Shown: piece after piece, positions 25,919 through 39,174 of the stretch | How positions within the stretch are numbered: the stretch's first letter is position 1 | Layout: each line of letters begins with the position of its first letter | DNA from: Hypanus sabinus | Lineage: Eukaryota | Length of the DNA stretch: 64,000 nt | Direction of reading: 5' to 3' | Assembly: GCF_030144855.1 (NCBI RefSeq) | Contig: NC_082729.1 | Span: forward strand, 33,790,001 to 33,854,000 | The notes under the pieces: generated by a model | The model's input: the letters and a program-made list of their open reading frames with translations, nothing else | Told to the model about the DNA's origin: nothing | Database searches by the model: none | Translations under genes and position numbers: made by a program

Positions 25919-28900
25919 ACGTCGTGTGTCACCGAGCCCTGGGAAATTTTAGGTTTTCTGCTGCTCTAGTGCTGGTTGGATGAGCATGCCTCGTGTTTCG
26001 CCTGGGCAGCCTCCCACCTGACAGCAAGAGCAGTTCTGTAGGAGATTCTCGGCTGGAAACATTGACTTTATTTCTCTCCATAGATGTCGCCTGACCTGCT
26101 GAGTTCCTCCAGCATTTTGTGTGTATGTTGCTGTGGATTTCCAGCATCTGCACACTTCCTCGTGTTTATAGCAAGAACACTGATTTCTCAACCTTCCAGT
26201 AATTCCTCCCTCTGCTCTTTATTCATTTCCCATTCTGGCTCCCCTCTTATCCCTTCTCTTCTCCTCACGTACCCATCACCTCCTTTTGGTACCTCTCCTC
26301 CGTCCCTTTCTCGCTTGGTCCACTCTCCTTTCTCATCAGATTCCTCTTTCGGCCCTTTTCCAGCAATCACCTTCCAGCTTCTCACTTCATCTCCACCTCT
26401 GCTACCCACCCACCTTTCCCCTCACCTGGCTTCACCAATCACATTCTAGCTTGTCATTCTTTCCCTCCCGCCCCCCCCCCCCTTCTTATCCTGGCTTCTT
26501 CCCCCTTCATTTCCAGTCCCGATGAAGGGCCTTAGCCCAAAAAAAATCGCTCTTTCTTCCTCCATGGATGCTCCCTGCCCTCCTGAGTTCCTCCAACTTT
26601 TTGTGTTTGTTCATCTGGATCTGAAGCACCTGCAGAAACTCTTGTGTTTGTGAAATGTGTTACTTGCATCAACGACCAACACAGTCCAGAGATGTGCTGT
26701 GGGTGGCATGCAAGTGTCACTACGCTGACAGCACCAACATAGCATGCCCACAACTTACTAACCTTAACCCTTACATCTTTGGATTGTGGGAGGAAACTGG
26801 AGCCCTGGAGAGAACGTACAGACAGCAGCAGGAATTCATCCCTGATCTCAGAGTTTGCACAGTGCTCCATTACATTACTGTGTTACCCAATCAGAGAGCA
26901 CAGCCTCAGAATAAAGGGAAGTCACTTTATTGGCAAATTGGTTTATTAATGTCACCACATACAGGGGTACAGTGAGATTTTGATTGGCCGTCTGATGATC
27001 TGTGAGATTCTGACTGGCTCTCCACTGACTGCTCTAAAGGATCTGATTGGCTTTCTTTCGGTCTGTGAGATTGTGATAGGCTCTCCACTACTCTAAAGGA
27101 TCTGATTGACCCTCTTTTGGTTGGCGAGATTCTGATTGGCTCTCCACTACTCTAAAAGATCTGATTGGCTGCCTGCTGATCTGTGAGGCAATGGCCGTCC
27201 AACTCCCTGAGAGGGTTTTTGAAAAGTAACGTTTATGAAAAGAGTACATTCATGTCACCACATACAATCCCGAGTTTTTTTTCCCTGCAGGCTTATTCAG
27301 CAAATCGACACAATCAATGAAAGAGCAAGAGCGCAGAAAATAACAAATTGTGCAAATACAAATAAATAGCAATAAATAAAGTGAGCATGAAATAACAAGA
27401 TGAAGAGTCCTTAAAGTGAGATCATTTGTTGTAGGGACATCTCAATAGATGAGTGTAAGTAATCTCTTGTTCATGAACCTGGTGGTGCAAGTCCTGAGGC
27501 TCCTGTACCTGCTATCTGATGGCAGCAGCAAGAAGAGAGCACAGCCTGGGTGGCGAGGATCTCTGATTATGGATGCTGCTTTCCTACAACAGCGTTTCAT
27601 GTAGGTGTGCTTGACGGCTCAGAGAGCTTCATCTATTATGCATTGGGCTGAATCCACTACCTTTTGTAAGATTTTCCATTCAAAAGTATGGTTTTCCTAT
27701 GCCAGGCCAGACTACAGTTTCCACTACACATCTATAGAAGTTTGTCAAGGTTTTTGACGACATGCCGAATCTCTGCTTCCTTCTAAGGCTTTCTTGTACT
27801 TTCTTTGCAGTTGGGTCCAGGACAGATCCTCTGAGATAGTGACACCCAGGAATTTAAAGTTACTGGCCATCTCCACCTCCAATCCTCCAATGAGAACTGG
27901 CTCATGGACCTCTGGTTTCCCACTCCTGAAGTCTACAAGTTCCTTGGTCTTACTGACATTGAGTGAGAGTTTGTTGTTATGACACGAGTCAGCCAAATTT
28001 TCAAACTCCCTCATTGTAAGGGAAAGGGGAAGATGAGAGAGGAAAGGGGTGTACAGAATTGGAGCGAGGGGGATAATATTCTTTGTGACCATTGTGTCTA
28101 TGCCAGCTCACGTCAATCCTGTTTCCCAGTAATAGCCATGTTACGGATAAGCCCACCGAGTCCAGCGTGACTTGGCTGTTTGGATTCAAATGTATACAGT
28201 AAATGACAGGGCCCTTAATAGTGTGAATGTACAGAGAGATCTCAGGGTCCAAGACCACAGTTCTCTGAGCGTTGGTAAGGTAGTAAAGGAGGCTCATGGC
28301 ACAGTGCTGGGCTTTAGAGTCGGGTGGCAGCTCGTGATTCAGGATGGGTTATTGCCATTCTTCAGTACACAAGTGTAACGAAGAACACAATGATTGTTAC
28401 TCCAGATGAGAAGCAGAATTAACAAACAGAATAAGCTTGAAGAACACAATAAATGTAAATATAAAAGTAATTCTATAGATTACGATGTAACATAGACTGA
28501 TTGTATGTACATAAAGACCATAAGACATTGGAGCAGAATTAGGCCATTCTATCATGGTTGATTTACTAACCCTCTCAATCCCATTCTCCTGCTTCCCCTC
28601 GTAACCTTTGCTGCCCTGACTAATCAAGAACCTATCAGCCTATGCTTTAAATATACCCAATGACTTGGTTTTCACAGCCATCTGCGCCAATGAATTCCAC
28701 GGATTCACCACCCTCTGGCTAAAGAAGTTCCTCCTCATTGCTGTTCTGAATAGATGTCCCTCAATTCGGAAGCTCTGCCCTCCAGTCCTAGACTCTCCCA
28801 CTGTAGGAATCATCCTCTCCATGTCCACTCTATCTAGCCCTTTCAATATTCAATAGGTTTCCCTCATTCTTCTGAATTCACACGCTATCTTTATTCGTTC

Positions 28901-29966
28901 TTTATATGCCGTGTTGTCTGATCTGAGTGATCATGGTCTTCCCATGACAATGATTGTTCTTGGCAAATGTTTCTACGGAAGAGGTTTGCCATTGCCTTCT
29001 GGGCAGTGTCTTTACAAGACAGGTGACTCCAGCCATTACCAACAGTCTTCAGAGATTGTCTGCCTGGCATCAAACCAGGATTTGAGATATGCTCTAGCTG
29101 TTTGTATGTCCATCCACCACCTGCTCCCATGGCTTCACACGATGGATCACTGGGGGCTGCTACTCCTTGCCTAAGGGTGACCTGCAGGCTGGCGGAGGGA
29201 AGGAGCGCCTTACACCTCCTTCGTTAGAGATGTATCTCCGCCCAATCTACACATAAAAATATTCGATAAGTTTCACTGAGATCCCTCCTAAACTCCAGCA
29301 AGTCCAGGCCCAGAGCCACCACACGTTCTTCACACATTATTACAGCTGCCTCTTCTCATAGCTCATCCCACATATCTACAACAGTCTGTGCAAAGAAGTT
29401 GCTAATCAGATCCCTTTCAAATCTTTCCCCTCTAGCCCAAATTCTATGCCCTCTAATTCTGGTTTGCCCAAGTCTGGGGCAAAAGGGCTTTGGCTTCGTT
29501 GCTTCCTAAAATCACGAGGGGCATAATTTGAATCGTTCCCTAATCCTGACCTTAGTGCATTGACAATAAAATGCACATGTTAATTGTTCTCTTCCACAAT
29601 CTCCATCAGTACAGGTGCACCACAAGGTGCAAAGCCCCCTGCTCGGTTTGATTTCCACTTAAACGACTGTGTGGTCAATGCCATCTTCAAGTTTGCTGAT
29701 GACACAGCTGCCGTAGCCCAAATCAAAGGCGATGACTCGGCATGCAGGAAGGAAGTTGAAAATCTAACCGAATGGTGCCACAGCAACAGCCTCTTGCTCA
29801 ATGTCTGCAAGACTGAGGAGCTGTTTATTGACTTCAGGAGGAGGAAACCAGAGCTCCATGAGCCAGTCCTGAACAGGGGCTCAGGTGGAGGGGCTCAGCA
29901 GCTTTAAATTCCTTGGTGATGTTATTTTGGAGGACCAGACTTGGATCCAGCACGCAAGTGCAATTA

Positions 29967-30452
29967 CGAGGGATGATTGATAATTTGTGGCCTAAGGTAG
30001 AAGGAGTCAATTTTTAGAAAACCTAGCACATTTACTTTTCACCCTCGTGGACCTCCTTGGGCGATAAGCCCTTGAGAACGAGGTTGCGGATGTCTGCACG
30101 AAAGGCCGATGTTGTCCATTTTCTTAGACAGTGCTTACTTGCAATTTTCAATTATTTGAAACAAATACCACAAAGGTTTATTAACTTCAAACTTTCTGCA
30201 TAATCACTCAAAGAGTTGAACTGCACGTGCATGTAACGTGAGCTGTATAACTCATCTCCTTCTACCTCAGGCCACAAACTTATCAATCACCCCTGCTGTG
30301 GACCACTTCTACAAAGAAGGGATCCGTATGCTCCACGACTGCTGGACTAAGTGTGTAAATGTAGGAGGGGACTATATTGAAAAATAAATGTGCTAGGTTT
30401 TCTAAAATTGACCCCTACTACCTTCAGCCACGAACTTATCAATCACCCCTTG
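29967..30452 (+). mobile_element. Internally deleted mariner element nested in a LINE fragment (~29590-30770)
   Basis: TA TSDs (29965-66, 30453-54); TIRs cgagggatgattgataa...ttatcaatcaccccttg; encodes the mariner C-terminus FYKEGIRML..WTKCVNVGGDYIEK*. Confidence 0.85.
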
Positions 30453-32592
30453 TATAAAGGAAACTCAGCTGTGCCTCTACTTCCTTAGGAGTTTGCGGGG
30501 ATTTGACATGACATCTAAAATTTTGACAAGCTTTTATAGATGTGCGGTGGAGAGCATCGTGACCTAGTATGGAAAACACCAGTGCTATTGAACAGAAAAT
30601 CCTACAAAAAAGCAGTGGACACGGCTCAGTCCATCACAGGTAAAGCCCTCCCCACCACTGAGCACACCTACACAAAACGCTGTCGCAGGAAAGCAGCATC
30701 CATCAGCAGAAACCCCCATCTTGTTCTCATCTTGCTGCTGCCATCAGGAAAAGGTACAGGAGCCTCATTCTGCACTAATTATTTAATTTAACTTTATAAA
30801 AATTTATATATACTTCCTGCAATTTACAGCAATGTTTGGGGTGTGGGGTAGAGATATGTCTCCATCAAAGAATAAGGCCCTTTTGTATTTGAAATTTCAA
30901 CCCTGTCAAGAATATCAGCTGTCTGTTTATCCTTCTGTAACATTAAAGACTTTATCAGGTCTCCCATCAACTTCTGACGTGCCAGAGTAAACTACCTAGG
31001 TAGTTTACCTGTCCTGGTAGCTCATACTATCCAGCATCATGGTGAACCTCTTCTGCGCTCTCTCCAAAGCCTCCACGTCCTTCCTGTGATGCAGTACTCC
31101 AGACACGGCCTGGCCACAGTTTTGCAAAGCTGCGTCGTAAATTCCAGACCTGGACCACCATTGTTCGTGGAGGTCCAGATGGAATTTCAACCACTATCTT
31201 CTTCTTGTCAAGCCAATTCTGAATCCCAGTAGCCAAGTCACCGTGGATCCCGCGAACTTTAACCTCAATGAGCCGACACCACCCTGACCCAGTAACCATA
31301 TCTCTCGCAACACACACAAAATGCTGGAGAAACTCAGCAGGCCAGGCAGCATCTAGGGATAAAGGTACAGTCAGCGTTTTGGGCTGCAACGCTTCGGCAG
31401 GACTCCATCAACTGTACTTTTTCCCCATAGATTCTGCCTGGCCTGTTGAGTTCCTCCAGCATTTTGTGCATGTGTTACTTTGCATTTCCAGCATCTGAAG
31501 ATTTTTTTTTAAATTTTTTTCCCTTGTTTCTCTCAGTAAGTCCCATTTTGGCCCTGAATTCTACAGAGAACCTACTGTTATGTCTGGGTGGCAGGGTGGA
31601 GATAAGTCTCTACCAAAAGAGCTGTAAGGTGCTCCTTCCCTCTGTTAGCCTGCAGGTCACCTTTGGGCAAGGTGTAGCACCTGCTCAGCCCCACACTGAT
31701 CAGGGGAGCCCTGGGAACAGGTGGTGGATATCACAAGTCCTGAATTATGCAACCACTAAGGGTATTAATACGGGGTGACCTGTCTTGTAAAGACACTGCC
31801 CAGAAGAAGATAATGGCCTTCTGTAGAGTTTGGCAAAGACAATCATGGTCAGAAACGCTGGTATCATCCCAAAGGCACTACACAATAGCATTAAACAATT
31901 AGGCCTTCATAGCAATATCTATGTACATCTCCAGAAATCCACAATACTATACACCACTAGAACAGTCCAAAAGTCCCTAGCACTTGAGAAATGAGAGTGC
32001 TTGGCTCTGCCTGTACCTCAGGTTTTGCCAGCTTGAGCTGAGAAAATAAATAAATAGGTATATAAATAAATATTGAGAACATGAATTGTAGAGACCTTGA
32101 AAGTGCGTCTACAGGTTGTGGGACCGGTTCAGTGTTAAAGTGAGCTGCTTCAGAAGCCTGATGGTAGAAGGGTACTAACTGTTCCCTCAGCTTCCCGAAG
32201 GGAGCATGACCTGGGTGGTGGGGGTCCCTGATGATGGATGCTGCTTTCCTGCAACAACGCTTCATGTAGATCTGCTCAATGGTGGGGAGGGCTTTACCTG
32301 AGATACCGTGCCACTATCTTACAGGAAGTCACTTTAGGACAAGGATCAGGAATATCTTTAGCCAGAGGGTGGTGAAACTGCGGAATTCATTGCCACAGGC
32401 AGCTGAGGAGGCCAAGTCATTGAGTATATTTAAAGAGCAAACACGAGGAAATCTGCAGATGCTGGAAATTCAAACAACACACACAAAATGCTGGTGGAAC
32501 ACAGCAGGCCAGGCAGCATCTATAAGGAGAAGCACTGTTGATGTCTCAGGCCGAGACACTACGTCAGGACTAACTTTCTTTCCTTTCTGTTA

Positions 32593-32626
32593 GTCCTGAC
32601 GAAGGGTCTCAGCCTGAAACGTCGAC
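32593..32626 (+). ncRNA. Minimal type-I hammerhead ribozyme motif in a Penelope pLTR (best-preserved copy)
   Basis: gtc-CTGACGA-agggtctcagcct-GAAAC-GTC-gac: core CUGANGA/GAAA, stem II AGG/CCT, loopless palindromic stem III, GUC cleavage triplet, stem I GTC/GAC. Confidence 0.65.
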
Positions 32627-32957
32627 AGTGCTTCTCCTTATAGATGCTGCATGGCCTGCTGTGTTCCACCAGCATTTTGTGTGTGTTGTGTGAGTATATT
32701 TAAAGTGGAGGTCGAGAGGTTCTTGATTAATAAAGGTGTTAAAGGTTATGATAAGCAGGAGAACAGGATTGAGAGGGGTAATGATCGGCCACGATGGAAC
32801 GGTGGAGCAGAATTGATGTGCTGAATGGCCTAATCCTGCCCCTGGGTCTCATATCTCAATACTAACACCAAAAAAGTGGTTTTAGTAGTGAAATGTGATC
32901 ACATGAAGGAGCCATGTACCAATACGATCTTCTGTATTTCTATGGAAAGAGTCTCAC

Positions 32958-33314
32958 CAAGAACCTGGAGTTGGACGGGTGGTTTATAGGTGTGAGAGTA
33001 GAACCCTTCCAGTTCCACGTAGAAGAAGTAGACGTCACTGTCTGAACGTCTGAGGTTATCGATCCTCAGCGAGCAGTCCCTCTCGCTCAGGTTTCCAACA
33101 ATCTTAGCTCGCCCCTTAAATTCGGACATCCTGTAGTCGGGGTTTTTTGTGTAACACACAGTGTACTTCCAGCAATACCAGTACTTGAACCAGGCCCCGT
33201 GGATGGACTGGTAAGGGTTCGAGGGGAAGTCGAAAGAGCAGGGGATCACCACGCAAGACTTGCTGATGGCGCGGTGGGGGAGGGCCCTCATGGTCCATTC
33301 GCTCGGCAGCACCC
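32958..33314 (-). CDS. Siglec/MAG/sialoadhesin-like Ig V-set exon (357 nt, phase 1-1)
   Basis: ttccag| acceptor, G|gtgaga donor; SCVVIPCSF, GAWFK, FKGRAKIVGNLSERDCSLRIDNL, DSDVYFFYVE show the Siglec-type cysteine pattern (B-E intrasheet disulfide, no F-strand Cys). Confidence 0.9.
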
Positions 33315-35428
33315 CTGGAATGGAAAGGGGACCAGAAAAGATGATTCAAGATTCAACATTGTTTAATGCCATTTTCAGTACAGAAGTGAAAAGGAGAACA
33401 AAATAATTCTTACTCCAGATCCGATGTTGCACAAAAAAAACAATTAAGATAAAGAATGCATAATTTAAAAAGCACAATAAACATAAATATATAAGATAGT
33501 TTATGCACTTAATGACCATAATGTGAAGCTAGGCACAGGAGTGTCTGTACATATGTTGACTCTAACAAGAAATGATAAAGTACTGGTGGTGGGGGTGTAG
33601 GATAGTGGGTGGTGTAGATCAGCCTCACTGCTTGGGGAAAGTAACTGTTTTTGAGTCTGGTGGTCCTGGCATGGGAGTGATGATGGGAGTGAGACAACCA
33701 GTCCATGAGCAGGGTGGGTGGGATCCTTCATGCCGTTATTGGCTCTTCGCTGGCACCTTTCTGTCTGCACGGCCTTGAAGGGGGTGGTGAGCTCTGATCC
33801 GTCTCCCTGGCAACCGTCCTCGTCTCAGCTGGGAGTGAGGAGAGTGACCAGCCTCCCTGTTCCACCGGCACCGTGTTTGTTTCTGTTTTACGTCCCATGG
33901 TAAAACACAGTGGCTACTGAGCGTGTGTTCGTGGTCTGCTGCTGCCTTAGCTCACCAACTTCAAGGTTCAACGTGTGCATTTGGAAATCCTCTCCTGTTG
34001 TAATGTGTGGTTATTTGAGTTACTGTCAGCTTGACCCAGTCTGGCCATTCTCCTCTGACCTCTCTCATTAAGAAGGTGTTTTTACCCACAGAACTGCCAC
34101 TCACTGGATGTATTTTTTTTTGTTGTTTTTTGCTCCATTCTCTGTAAACTTTGTGTGTGAAAATTTCAGGAAATCCGCAGTGTCCGAGATACTCAAACTA
34201 CCCCATTGGGAACTAACCATTATTCCACGGTCAAAGTCACTTCGATCACATTCCTTCCCGCATTCCGATGTTTGGTCTGAACAACAGCTGAACCTCTTGA
34301 CCACGTCTGCATACATTGAGTTGCTGCCACAGGATTGCATCAACGAGTAGGTGTACCTAATAAAGAGGCCACTGAGTGTATGTCAACGTCTAAGATGTAC
34401 AAGGCACGGTGCATAGGTCTACAGATGACACAGAAGCTGACATCATAGGTGGTGTATGTGGCCATCACAATTTCCAGGGGTACCTTGATCATCTAGGAAT
34501 GTGGGCCGATGACTGGAAAACGAAGTTTAATTTGGTTAAGTGCGAGGTGTTGCCCCGAGTGGAGTCAAACACAGTGATCCATTCAACTGTATAAAAAATT
34601 AGAGGGAACATTGCCTGTGATAATATTAAACCAGGGGGTCTTATTGATAGTGGGAAAAAACATTAAGGGGAACGTTCGTGAAGGCAGTCACTCATGTTTT
34701 CCCCAGGGTTGGGCGAATCAAGATCTAGAGGGCACAGGTTTAGAGTCATAGAAAAGTACAGCGCAGAGACAGCCCCTTTGGCCCATCTAGTCTGTGCCAA
34801 AACATTTAGACTACCTACTCCCATCGACTTGCATAGCCCTGCCATCCACGTAGCTATCCAGACTTCTCTTCAATGTTGAAATCGAGCTCGCATGAACCAC
34901 TTGTTCCACTCTCACCACCCTCTGAGTGAAGAACCTTCACCTCATTGAGGTGAGAGGGGAGAGATTTAATGGGAAGCTGGATGGAGGGGGGGGTGGGGGA
35001 AGCAACATTTTTAACTGGAGGGTGGGCCGTATACAGAATGGGCAGCCAGAGGAAATGGTAGATGTAAGTACGTTGATATTTAAAAGTCACTTGTACAGGT
35101 ACACGGATAGGAAAGGCTGATAAGAGTGTGGACCAACGTTGAGCAAAGGGAGCTGGATTGGATGGGCAGCCTGGTTGTTGTGTTTGGGCTCCAAGGGCCT
35201 AATGTGGGGCAAAAGGGAATAGCTTGGAAAGGCTCCTTGCACAGCACGAATGAAAGGGGGCTGTTTCTGTGCCGTGTGACTATAATACTGGTGTCTCAGA
35301 TAAAAGAAGGTCATGTGGAGTCAATCCTGGATAAAAAGGGGGACACGGGGTCTGCAGTGATTTGAGTCCCCCTGGTCATTCTTTGGGCATTTTCATTTGT
35401 GAGGGTGCTCACTCAGTTGCAACAATAC

Positions 35429-35468
35429 CTTGGAGAAGGGATAGGAGGAAGAGAGACTTCCTGACCAT
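35429..35468 (-). CDS. Signal-peptide exon of the Siglec-like gene (MVRKSLFLLSLLQ|G); the exon starts at 35512 with 5'UTR
   Basis: ttccag| acceptor at 35513, ATG at 35468, AAG|gtattg donor; 40 nt, phase 1, joins in frame to GVLPSEW of the V exon. Confidence 0.85.
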
Positions 35469-38400
35469 CGTCCACTCTCGAGTACGCCGTCAGTCACCCG
35501 CTCCCAGGGGCTCTGGAAGAGAAAGCAGTTCAGTCAGGTTCAAGTTTATTTATAGTCAACTGGGAACATGTATACAGCTCAATGAAACGAAGTTCCTCTG
35601 GAACCAAGGTGCAAAACACAGTACATCACACACAGCACATAACAGACAATAAAAATATCTTCTGGACATACAAGTAGACAAAAGTATTACTGCTCCGGTG
35701 CTGTCATAAATAATGTGTACTGGGTGGTAGCAAAGCATTCAGAAGTCTCACAGCCTGGGAGAAGAAGCTGTTACCCAGCCTGACAGTTCTGGTACTCCAC
35801 AGCCCTCTGTGCCAAAATTCTGCTCAATTTTCACCACCCTCTGAAGAAATTCCTCCTCACTTCATTACTAACGGGACGTCCCCTTATTCTCAACCTGTGC
35901 CCTCTGGTCCTAGACCCCTCCACTATAGGAAACATCCTTGCTACATCCACTCTATTTCGTCCTTTCAACATTCAATAGGTTTGCTAGGAATTATTCAAAT
36001 TTTAGTTTAATTGTCATTCAACCGTATCTGAATACACAAACAAAATAGCGTTGATCGGGGCCAAGATGCAAAGTACAGTACCAAGAGTCGTACACAGCAC
36101 AAGGTGCATAAATCACGTTTAAGACAGCAGTAAACATACAGTCATAGACATAGAAAAGTACAGCATGGAAACAGGCCATTTGGCCCATCTAGTATGTACT
36201 GAGCCATTTAAACTGCCTACACCCATTTACCTGCAACAGGTCACACAGATAAATAGTTCAAATCCCTAAGTGACATGTCCTGTAAATTGATGGGGCATGG
36301 GTGTTGAATGCAAGGACCAGCAGTTCTCAGCAGCCCATAAGCATGCAATCCAGCTGGTCTTCCATCGAACGAATACAGGAGGGCAACACCGACAGGAGTG
36401 GCCAGCCCCCAATCCATCATGGACACCACGCCACACTCCCTCCGGCGTCTCTCCTCCTGAACTGCTGCAACAGGCAAGCCTGAGGCACGAGGCCCAGTCC
36501 TCGCTGTCACTGAGGGGCATGCAGCTCCCACCAATATGCTAGTGAACTGGGCTTGCAGAATTTTCCACTCCCGGGTCCCGACAGGGTCTCGCGATCGCAA
36601 GGGAAGTATCTAAGAGAATCACTCGCAGTTACAGCGCACACTGACTTTGCGTATTGACTCTGAAACCTTTCTGTAGCAGGCAGTAACGTGGAGTGTGACC
36701 GGAAACCAGGAGCACATCGTAACGTGAATTGCAGAGTCCAATGCACAAACAGTGTCCATTCAAACTTGCCCAAACCCAAGACTCCACCATAATCCTCCAG
36801 CAGCATCAAGTGAGAGGAAGAGAGAGAGACCATTCGAATACAGGGACATTCTTCCGGCAACAGCGAGCGAGAGGCCAGTAGACAGCACTGACTACCCGCT
36901 CGCCTCACTCATTTTAATCGTCCTCAACACTTTCATCAGCAAGATAGGTGAGAAATGGAGTTAATCTCCAGTCTTCTTTTCCTTGAGGCCGCAAACTTCA
37001 CTCGAAACCTCACCGAGCACCCTCAGAGTCAGCAAAGCCCCGAAGCGGTCAGTCGGCCCGAAAACACACCACCAAAATGTAGATCACGGGCTCCAACGGT
37101 AGCAGAACCACGTTTGAAAGAAAAAGAAGGCGTTGTCTGGAGGATGTCGACCTCGGTTTTATTCTGGAGGTAAAACCTGTTCACAATTTAACTTCAACTC
37201 AAACTTTGCCACCAGTGAAACCCGTCACTGGGTGTGGGATATAGTGACTCTGTCCCGTTGAAACCACACTGGGGAAGACAATCGACGGAGGTTCATGTTA
37301 ATCAGGGATCATTAAAATAAGACCATAAGACACAGGAGCACATTGGGCCATTCAGCTTATTAATACTCTGGCATTTCTGCATGACTGATCCATTTCCCTC
37401 TCAACTCCATTCTCCCAGTAACTTTTGACACCCTGACTAATCAAGAATCTATCCACCTCCACTTTAAATCTACCCAATGACCTGGCCTTTACAGCCAACC
37501 ACGGCAATGACTTCTACAGATTCTCCACCCTCTGGCTGAAGAAATTCCTCCTCCTCTCTGTTCTAAATAGACGTCCTTTTAACCTAAGGCTGTGTCCTCT
37601 GCTCCGAGATTCACCCACTATAGGAGACATCCTCTCCACATCCACTCTGTCTAGGCCTTTCAATATTTGATAAGTTTCGGTCATTTTTCTAAATTCCAGC
37701 GGATACGGGCCCAGCTCCATCAGAAATCAGAGGTGCAAAGGGACTTGAGAATCCTCCTGCAGGATTCCCTGAAGGTTAACTTTCCGGTTGAGCTGGTGGT
37801 GAGGAGAGCAAATTCATTTTGAGGGGACTATTCCCTTCCACAGGGAGTTCAGCTTCCCTTCACTCCCTGGTGAAAGAATCTTCAGAACATGCTCAGGTTC
37901 CGGTTTAAGATGATGCTGGTGAACCCTAGTGACTCTGTCTGGGAGCTGACAAAACAAGGAAAAGAGCTAAATACCTTGCTAGCCACACTTTTCCTGGCAA
38001 ATGACTATCATCTGTAACTTCCCTTTGGACTTGAAGGCAATTCCATGAGGCAGAACCGAGGCGAGGCGGTGGGCCTGTCACCGAGAGCGAGGAAGACACG
38101 AGGTTCGATCGATTTTAGCGCCATGCCGAATCAGGAAGGTCTGTTTCAGGCCGAATTGTGGCAGCGGGGTCCGGGCACTAGAGCACACTGAAGTAATTGA
38201 ACCCAATGTCTGGACAGAGATTTAAGCGCAGGGACAAATCGGAAGGGAGAGGTACAAGATGGTGAGGAGCGTATTGAGGTGACTAAACTCGATGTTCGGA
38301 TGTTGATTTAGACGCCGGGCTGGATTGGAAAGGTCAGGGCGTTGGAGCCTGAGGTGGGGGATGGACACCTTAGCTCAATGCTGGAAACGACTCGACTCCG

Positions 38401-39174
38401 TGCTGAACTATGGATTCTCTTTGCGGACTAGCTCAGGACACTATTTGCTTGTGGTTATAGTTTGCATAATTCATTTTATTTTCTCTGCATGCTGGATGTT
38501 CGACTGCCTTCTTTTCTATGGGTTCTGTCAGGCTTGTTTGTTACGTGGCTGCCTGTTAGGAGACGAATCTCAAGGTTCTATAATGTAAACATACTTTGAT
38601 AATGAATATACTTCAAACTTCGGGAAGGCACTGATTCACCATCTCCTGTTATTAGCTATAGTTAAGTGCATATCCCTTCCACAACGCACAGCTCAGGACA
38701 GGTCTGCTTTGTCACTGGATAGTCAGTCGAGTTATGCATATGTTGTAAAGAGATACAGTGTGGAGCAAGCTCTTTACAAAACTACAAAAGTGTATGTACA
38801 CCAAAGTACACAAAATACAAGTATCAACAAGATGGGGAACAAATTTAAAGTAAAATTTGATTATTACAGTCTGTAAAACATCCTATTCCATGGCTGATCC
38901 CAGAAATCCCCAGTGGTACTGATTGTGACTGCATGCTCTCTCCCCAAGGACAGCCGGGCGCGCAGGTATCCCCGGAAGAGGAGAAGGCAGAACCCGGCTG
39001 TCCGCCAACTGGACCCATGAAAGACCACCTGGGCAAGATCCTCCGATTAGCCTGCTCCCTTCCATACTGGGAGTCCCATAGATCAGGAGTGTAACCAAAC
39101 TGCAAGGAGCGTTCCCTTCAGATGCGCTCTGCCACGCTGTCCAGCTGCTCCCCATTTAACTCCAGCCCAATTAC

